Origin: Candidatus Limnocylindrales bacterium
GTDB taxonomy: Bacteria; Moduliflexota; Moduliflexia; Moduliflexales; JAUQPW01
Direction of reading: 5' to 3'
NCBI GenBank assembly: GCA_035559535.1
Contig: DATMBG010000006.1
Location: 62,001-126,000, forward strand
DNA length: 64,000 nt
Positions within the stretch are counted from its first letter, which is position 1. Every line of letters begins with the position of its first letter. This document shows, in pieces, positions 59,065 to 64,000 of the stretch. Both the position numbers and the translations under genes were made by a program. The notes below the pieces were generated by a model. It worked only from the letters and a program-made list of their open reading frames with translations. It was not told the origin of the DNA and made no database searches.

Positions 59065-60819
59065 TCAGGCTTTTACATCTTCTAGGCTTTTGGGTAACTC
59101 CTGCAAGAAACTGGCATCAATACGATAAACTGTATCCCCAGATTTGGTTCGTGTATAAATCAGGCCGTTGTCTGTCTTCTTTCCGAGGATGAGCGTGGTA
59201 ATCTCTTCTCCGCCTTTCTTCCAAAGCGTGATTTCTACTTCAGGTTTGTCGAAACCGTAATCACTCTCAGGCTTTTGGTCTGTCGAGACCAATTCTTTAA
59301 ATTTTAAAAATTGAAGATCGGTTAAGAGGTTTCCCACCCGCCAGTCCTTAGCCTTTGCTTTTTCAGGTTCAACGAGTCTCCATTCCTTACCGGATTTTTG
59401 GAAAGTGAAAGTCTTATCCGGGTATTTAAGTGTAATTTTTTCGACATCCTCTCGATTGAAGGAAACGAGGGTCTTATCTCGAAGATCCATGGGGGTCTTT
59501 GTAAGGGTTTTAACAATAGCCGAATCTACCAGGTACACCGAATTACTTTCATTGGTTTTAACATACACTCCAGATCCTTCTTCCTTTCCAACCCAAAGGG
59601 TTTTAGGATTCTCCTTATCTTTCTCCCAAAGGTTTACCTGGATTTTAGGTGTATTCAGACCATAAGCTGCCAAATCTGAGGGGTTATCATGGGTAAACTC
59701 TTTAACCTTGAGCCCTCTTACTTCTGTTAAGACATCCGAGATGGCAGATTCATCGGCCTTTACTTGCTCGGGTTGTGTGAGGTTCCAATCTTTATCCGAA
59801 ACTTTCTCGGCTATCAAATCCATACCTTCTCGCTGAATTTGGACTTTTTTGATATCTCCCTTCTCAAAGGCCAGTACCGTTTTATCCCGGAGATCCATGA
59901 CCGTCTTGGGAAAATCTTTGGTCAGGTCATCGGGAACTAAAAATACATTATGGCTTCCTTCTCGTTTAGCATAAATCCCCTTTTTGGACTCATCAGATTT
60001 GCCCAGGAGGAGAGTTTTTTGGGCCATATCATCTCCTACCCATAAAGTAACCTGTATGGGCGGGTTATCCAATCCATACTTACTCAGGTCTTCTGGATTT
60101 TCTTCTATAAACTCCTTGACTTTGGTGAAATTTAATTTCGTCAAGATACTGGTAATTTTGTCCTTATCCCCTTTGTACTCCCCGGGTTGCGTTACTTTCC
60201 AATTCCCACCGCTAGCTTCTGCAACCATTTTGTTTTTATCCACAACAAATTCCAATTTCTTTACTTTATCTGTTTCAAAGGCAACAATGGTTTTATCCCG
60301 AAGGTCGAAAACCTTTTTATTGAGATCGTCCCGAAGGAATTTATCAACAAGATAGATTTTGGGGTCTACGTTTTTCTGAGCATATACGTAGAGTTCAGAG
60401 GGGGTCAGATCTCCAAAGTAAAGGGTTTGATAGGTTGGCTGGTCCTTAAGTTTAAAGGAAACTTGTAGAAAAGGTTTTACAAGACCGTAGTCTGCGAGTT
60501 TGGGAGTTCCTTCATCTACAGACCGGTCGCTTTGAGCAGTTTTAAGCCGACTGAGGAGGAACTCTATTGCTTTGTCATCGGCCTTTGCCTGGATAGGTTC
60601 TTCCAGAGCCCATCCGCCATCACTTTTCTTGACCACAATAGTCCCCTCTGGTCCGATTAATTTGACTTCCTGTACCTCCTGCTCCGAGAAAAGGAACAGT
60701 TTTTTCTTGTCTTCTTCAATTTTAGCTTGTTTCGCGGCAAATTTAACCTCGTAAAAATAATAATATCCTCCTAACAAGGCTAAAATAAGAAGTAAGATGA
60801 CCGTAGCTCTGAAATTCAT
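59065..60819 (-). CDS. Membrane-anchored protein with three DUF4340-like repeats
   Basis: N-terminal TM; three repeats of W..P..K(A/G)D...YGL..P...DLRDKT plus a fourth related segment. Confidence 0.85.
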   Translation of the reverse strand: MNFRATVILLLILALLGGYYYFYEVKFAAKQAKIEEDKKKLFLFSEQEVQEVKLIGPEGTIVVKKSDGGWALEEPIQAKADDKAIEFLLSRLKTAQSDRSVDEGTPKLADYGLVKPFLQVSFKLKDQPTYQTLYFGDLTPSELYVYAQKNVDPKIYLVDKFLRDDLNKKVFDLRDKTIVAFETDKVKKLEFVVDKNKMVAEASGGNWKVTQPGEYKGDKDKITSILTKLNFTKVKEFIEENPEDLSKYGLDNPPIQVTLWVGDDMAQKTLLLGKSDESKKGIYAKREGSHNVFLVPDDLTKDFPKTVMDLRDKTVLAFEKGDIKKVQIQREGMDLIAEKVSDKDWNLTQPEQVKADESAISDVLTEVRGLKVKEFTHDNPSDLAAYGLNTPKIQVNLWEKDKENPKTLWVGKEEGSGVYVKTNESNSVYLVDSAIVKTLTKTPMDLRDKTLVSFNREDVEKITLKYPDKTFTFQKSGKEWRLVEPEKAKAKDWRVGNLLTDLQFLKFKELVSTDQKPESDYGFDKPEVEITLWKKGGEEITTLILGKKTDNGLIYTRTKSGDTVYRIDASFLQELPKSLEDVKA

Positions 60820-60899
60820 TCAAAGACCTCTACCTTATACGCCATGTGCAATGGGTTTGGACCGGTAGGATGATCTCATTACACATGACGTAGTAGATA

Positions 60900-62480
60900 T
60901 TATTTGTGGCGTCTTCTTTCTACATAGACCACAATACCTGTTACAAGAACGGCAAGGGGTAACAAAACCACAGGCACCCAGAACATGACCCGACCTTGAA
61001 CTGCATTCAGGAGAATAGGTTGAGATTGAGGCTGCTTAGGACGGATAGCAATGAGGTTCTCTTCTTCCAGTAGCCAGCTTACGGTGTTTAGGAAGAGATC
61101 TCCATTCCCCTGGAGATTAAATCCAGAATCACTGATAAAATCGGAATCTCCAAAAACTACAATTCGAGCTTTAGTTTTTTTGGATTCCTGATCTTTTTGT
61201 TCTTCGGTTTTAGATTCTCCTTCCTTTTTAGGTTCCTCCTTGATTTCCACCGTAGCCAGGGCAGCTACCGAAACCGGACCTTTAAGATCTTTATCCTTAT
61301 CAAAACTGGCCATTCCTTGTTTGAGCCTGGCAATATCGGTCTCTCCCCAGCTTTCCGGGCTTGTTTTTGCCAGAGATTGGGCCGTAATCCCCTCGGGAAG
61401 CTGTTCCGCAACCCCTACAGACCGAGCCCAGGGAAAGAAACAGGCAATATGGAAGTCTCTGGTAATTTCATGGGGTTCATATTCTACTACAACAGGTACA
61501 GTTGGCTCTGCTCCAAATACCCGGCTCAAACGATCTACGATTACGTCATTTCCAATCTTAAATCCGTATTTAGCCAAAAAAGTAACCAACCCGGGAGCAT
61601 TTTCTGGATCGATCAGAACGAGAAGTTTACCGCCTCGTTTGAGGTATTCCTCTACGTTATCCAGTTCCTTAGGCAAAAGATCTTTTTTAGGTCCGTTGAT
61701 AATCAGAAGCGTGGCATCATCGGGGACTTTCTCCTCTCGTAATAACAAAAGTTCTTTGACTTCATAATTTCGGTCTGTGATGGCCTTTTTAACCTGACTA
61801 TAGCCTCTGGCACCCGACTCATTCAAATTGCCTTCATCATGTCCGGTCAGGAAATAAACAACTTTCTTTCCCTCCCGAATTACTTTAAGAATTGCATTGG
61901 TGATGGCCTGCTCAGAACTATCCGTAATCTTCTCTCGTTTATTTCCACTTTCCAGGACAATGGTTCCATAATCTCGAATTTCATAAGCTTTTGCTTTACC
62001 TGGATTACGATCTGGGTCTACGATCTCATATTTAAAATGAGAAGAATGGTAAGCGTATCGATCCAGAACATCGTTGATCCCTCGTTCTTCTCCTTTTCGA
62101 TAGAAAGCAACGGCCTGAACATCCCGGTCCAGAGATTTGAGAATCTTGACGGTCTGATCGGACAGACTATTTAGCTTGGCCGTGGTAAAATCCCAACGAT
62201 AATTATGCTTTACCGAGATGGCCTCTACAATGCTGATAATTCCTAAGACGATAAAAATCATGAGGGTTACATTGGCGCCATATCGGGTAGTGCGTTTTCC
62301 AAGAAGCCTTTTAACTCCTTCAAAGTTAAAATAAATATAGGTCAGCAAGGCCAGCAGTCCAACGATTAAAAAGATCGAAGCTACAGGGGTCAACTGGGAT
62401 CGGATAACATAAATTACACCACCACCTAAGGCCAGAATCAATCCGGCCAGACCTATTATAGAGGAATATTTTTGTAACAT
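60900..62480 (-). CDS. GldG-family ABC transporter auxiliary component
   Basis: RWDFT..KLNSLS..T, VYFLTGHDE, GGKLLVLIDP, VVFGDSDF, NGDLFLNTVSWL; C-terminal TM. Confidence 0.88.
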   Translation of the reverse strand: MLQKYSSIIGLAGLILALGGGVIYVIRSQLTPVASIFLIVGLLALLTYIYFNFEGVKRLLGKRTTRYGANVTLMIFIVLGIISIVEAISVKHNYRWDFTTAKLNSLSDQTVKILKSLDRDVQAVAFYRKGEERGINDVLDRYAYHSSHFKYEIVDPDRNPGKAKAYEIRDYGTIVLESGNKREKITDSSEQAITNAILKVIREGKKVVYFLTGHDEGNLNESGARGYSQVKKAITDRNYEVKELLLLREEKVPDDATLLIINGPKKDLLPKELDNVEEYLKRGGKLLVLIDPENAPGLVTFLAKYGFKIGNDVIVDRLSRVFGAEPTVPVVVEYEPHEITRDFHIACFFPWARSVGVAEQLPEGITAQSLAKTSPESWGETDIARLKQGMASFDKDKDLKGPVSVAALATVEIKEEPKKEGESKTEEQKDQESKKTKARIVVFGDSDFISDSGFNLQGNGDLFLNTVSWLLEEENLIAIRPKQPQSQPILLNAVQGRVMFWVPVVLLPLAVLVTGIVVYVERRRHK

Positions 62481-62494
62481 GCCGTGACGTGAAA

Positions 62495-62568
62495 GAATAG
62501 GAGCATGGGAGAATGGAGAAGTGAAGAGTTTCTCCCATCTCCCAGGCTCCTATTCTCCCTCTCTGTCT
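62495..62568. repeat. 8-mer-type inverted-repeat hairpin
   Basis: gaataggagcatgggagaatggagaa...ttctcccatctcccaggctcctattc. Confidence 0.7.
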
Positions 62569-62569
62569 T

Positions 62570-63340
62570 TTAGCCTCGCCATCTATTGGACTCCAGGGAT
62601 CTTAGGGTTAAAAACAAGAAAAACAGGGTAAAATTCAAGTAATAGATAAGATCTTTGGTATCGATAATGCCTTTGGCAAAGTTTTGAAAGTGCTCAATAA
62701 TGGAGAGATGCCGAAGAACACTTCCCAGGGTAGGACCCGTGTTTTCGGCAGAGAATCCGATAACCCAAAATATGATAAGAACCCCAAAACTAGCTACTGC
62801 AGCTATAATTTGATTTTCTGTCAGGGTAGAAATTAATATTCCCAGGGAAATAAATGCAGACCCCATCAAGAAAACGCCTAAATAAGCCGATATAAAAGGC
62901 TTAATATCCGGCCTTCCTACCCAGGCGATGAGGATTGGGTAAACCAGGCTTAAGGCCAGCATGATGGCAAAGACCGTTACACAGGCCAGGAATTTCCCCA
63001 GTACCACTTCGATATCCCGAATGGGATACGTCATGAGCAGCTCAAAAGTACCCAGCCGTTTCTCCTCAGAAAATAATCTCATGGTAAGAATCGGCATCAT
63101 CAAGAGGATAATAACTGCCATATTACTAAACAGAGGGTTGACCACACCTTCGGTGATATTGAGATTGGCTGCAGCAGCCGGTTGTTGCATGGCTTGAAAA
63201 CTGATCATGCTATAGAAGGTGACAATAGCCGAGAAGAAATATCCTGTGATGACTAGGAAAATAAACAGGACTACATAAGCAATAGGCGAGTAAAAATAAG
63301 ATCTTAGTTCTTTTTTAAAGAGATAGAAGATATTCCGCAT
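62570..63340 (-). CDS. ABC-2 type permease (GldF-like)
   Basis: KELRSYFYSPIAY, PILTMRLFSEEKRLGTFELL, GKFLA, TENQIIAA, HFQNFAKGIID. Confidence 0.92.
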   Translation of the reverse strand: MRNIFYLFKKELRSYFYSPIAYVVLFIFLVITGYFFSAIVTFYSMISFQAMQQPAAAANLNITEGVVNPLFSNMAVIILLMMPILTMRLFSEEKRLGTFELLMTYPIRDIEVVLGKFLACVTVFAIMLALSLVYPILIAWVGRPDIKPFISAYLGVFLMGSAFISLGILISTLTENQIIAAVASFGVLIIFWVIGFSAENTGPTLGSVLRHLSIIEHFQNFAKGIIDTKDLIYYLNFTLFFLFLTLRSLESNRWRG

Positions 63341-63432
63341 GTTCTATTGTCTATCGTCCGTTGTGCGCTGTTTATATGGAGATGGAGGATAACAGGAAAG
63401 AAACAACGAACAACGAACAATGGACAACGGAT

Positions 63433-64000
63433 CTATCCTTCCTCTTCGGTAACCAATTTGACAAAGACATCTTCCAAACTGATTTCCACCGGTCGTAACT
63501 CCAGCAACCCATTTCCACTCTGAACGATGGCATGTGCCAAATCCCGACGGACATCTCTATCTTTAGAAGCTTCAACTTCATAATTGAAAATATTTCCGGT
63601 TACCTGGTCTTTCCTTTGAACCCGATTAACTCCGTTGACCTCCTTCAAGATTTTCAAAACAGCCTCGGACGGTCCATCTACCTGAAGTAAAATACGTCGG
63701 GATGTCTGAGATCGAGAAGTAAGGTTCTCGGTAGTATCTTCTGCCACCACCTTTCCCTGGTTGATGATAACAACCCGTTGACAGATCATACTGACCTCCG
63801 GAAGAATATGGGAGCTCAGGATAATGGTTTTTTCGGTGGCAAGTTCTTTGATAAGATGACGGATATCGGTGATCTGTTTAGGATCCAATCCCATGGTTGG
63901 CTCATCTAAAATAAGAACTTCAGGATCATTGACGAGGGCCTGGGCCAATCCTACACGCTGCCGATATCCTTTAGAAAGGTTTTTAATCAATCGATTGGAT
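63433..64000 (-). CDS. ABC transporter ATP-binding protein (GldA-like); partial, 5' end beyond the window
   Basis: LSKGYRQRVGLAQAL, LILDEPT, SSHILPEV; frame stays open to the window edge. Confidence 0.93.
   Translation of the reverse strand, partial: SNRLIKNLSKGYRQRVGLAQALVNDPEVLILDEPTMGLDPKQITDIRHLIKELATEKTIILSSHILPEVSMICQRVVIINQGKVVAEDTTENLTSRSQTSRRILLQVDGPSEAVLKILKEVNGVNRVQRKDQVTGNIFNYEVEASKDRDVRRDLAHAIVQSGNGLLELRPVEISLEDVFVKLVTEEEG

Overview
About 64 kb of bacterial chromosome (moderate GC by eye), probably from a diderm because it carries an ADP-heptose kinase, a periplasmic adaptor and a Gld-type ABC module. I found no rRNA, tRNA, CRISPR array, transposase or prophage. The left 17 kb is a co-oriented minus-strand accessory cluster: three alkaline-phosphatase-superfamily (AlkP) phosphodiesterase-like genes, a DegT aminotransferase, an SDR epimerase with its catalytic Tyr replaced by Phe, a GT4 glycosyltransferase, a membrane metal hydrolase, a 64-aa RHH-like protein with an RLxGLGY tail, an EMC3/TMCO1-like membrane protein, a giant repeat-elongated periplasmic adaptor, a fatty acyl-AMP ligase, and a membrane desaturase that runs off the left edge and is missing from the ORF track. 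The rest is mostly housekeeping: prmA-rsmE, an A1-type cytochrome c oxidase operon, fbp, dprA-topA-xerC-hslVU, ribD-ribE-ribH-nusB, moeA, heptose kinase and a GldA/F/G-DUF4340 ABC module. Intergenic DNA is dense in hairpin repeats (8-mer and 7-mer tandem inverted arrays, REP-like palindromes and three MITE-like families), often nested, and some of these are translated in frame inside proteins. All calls are from motifs read by eye; no database searches were run.
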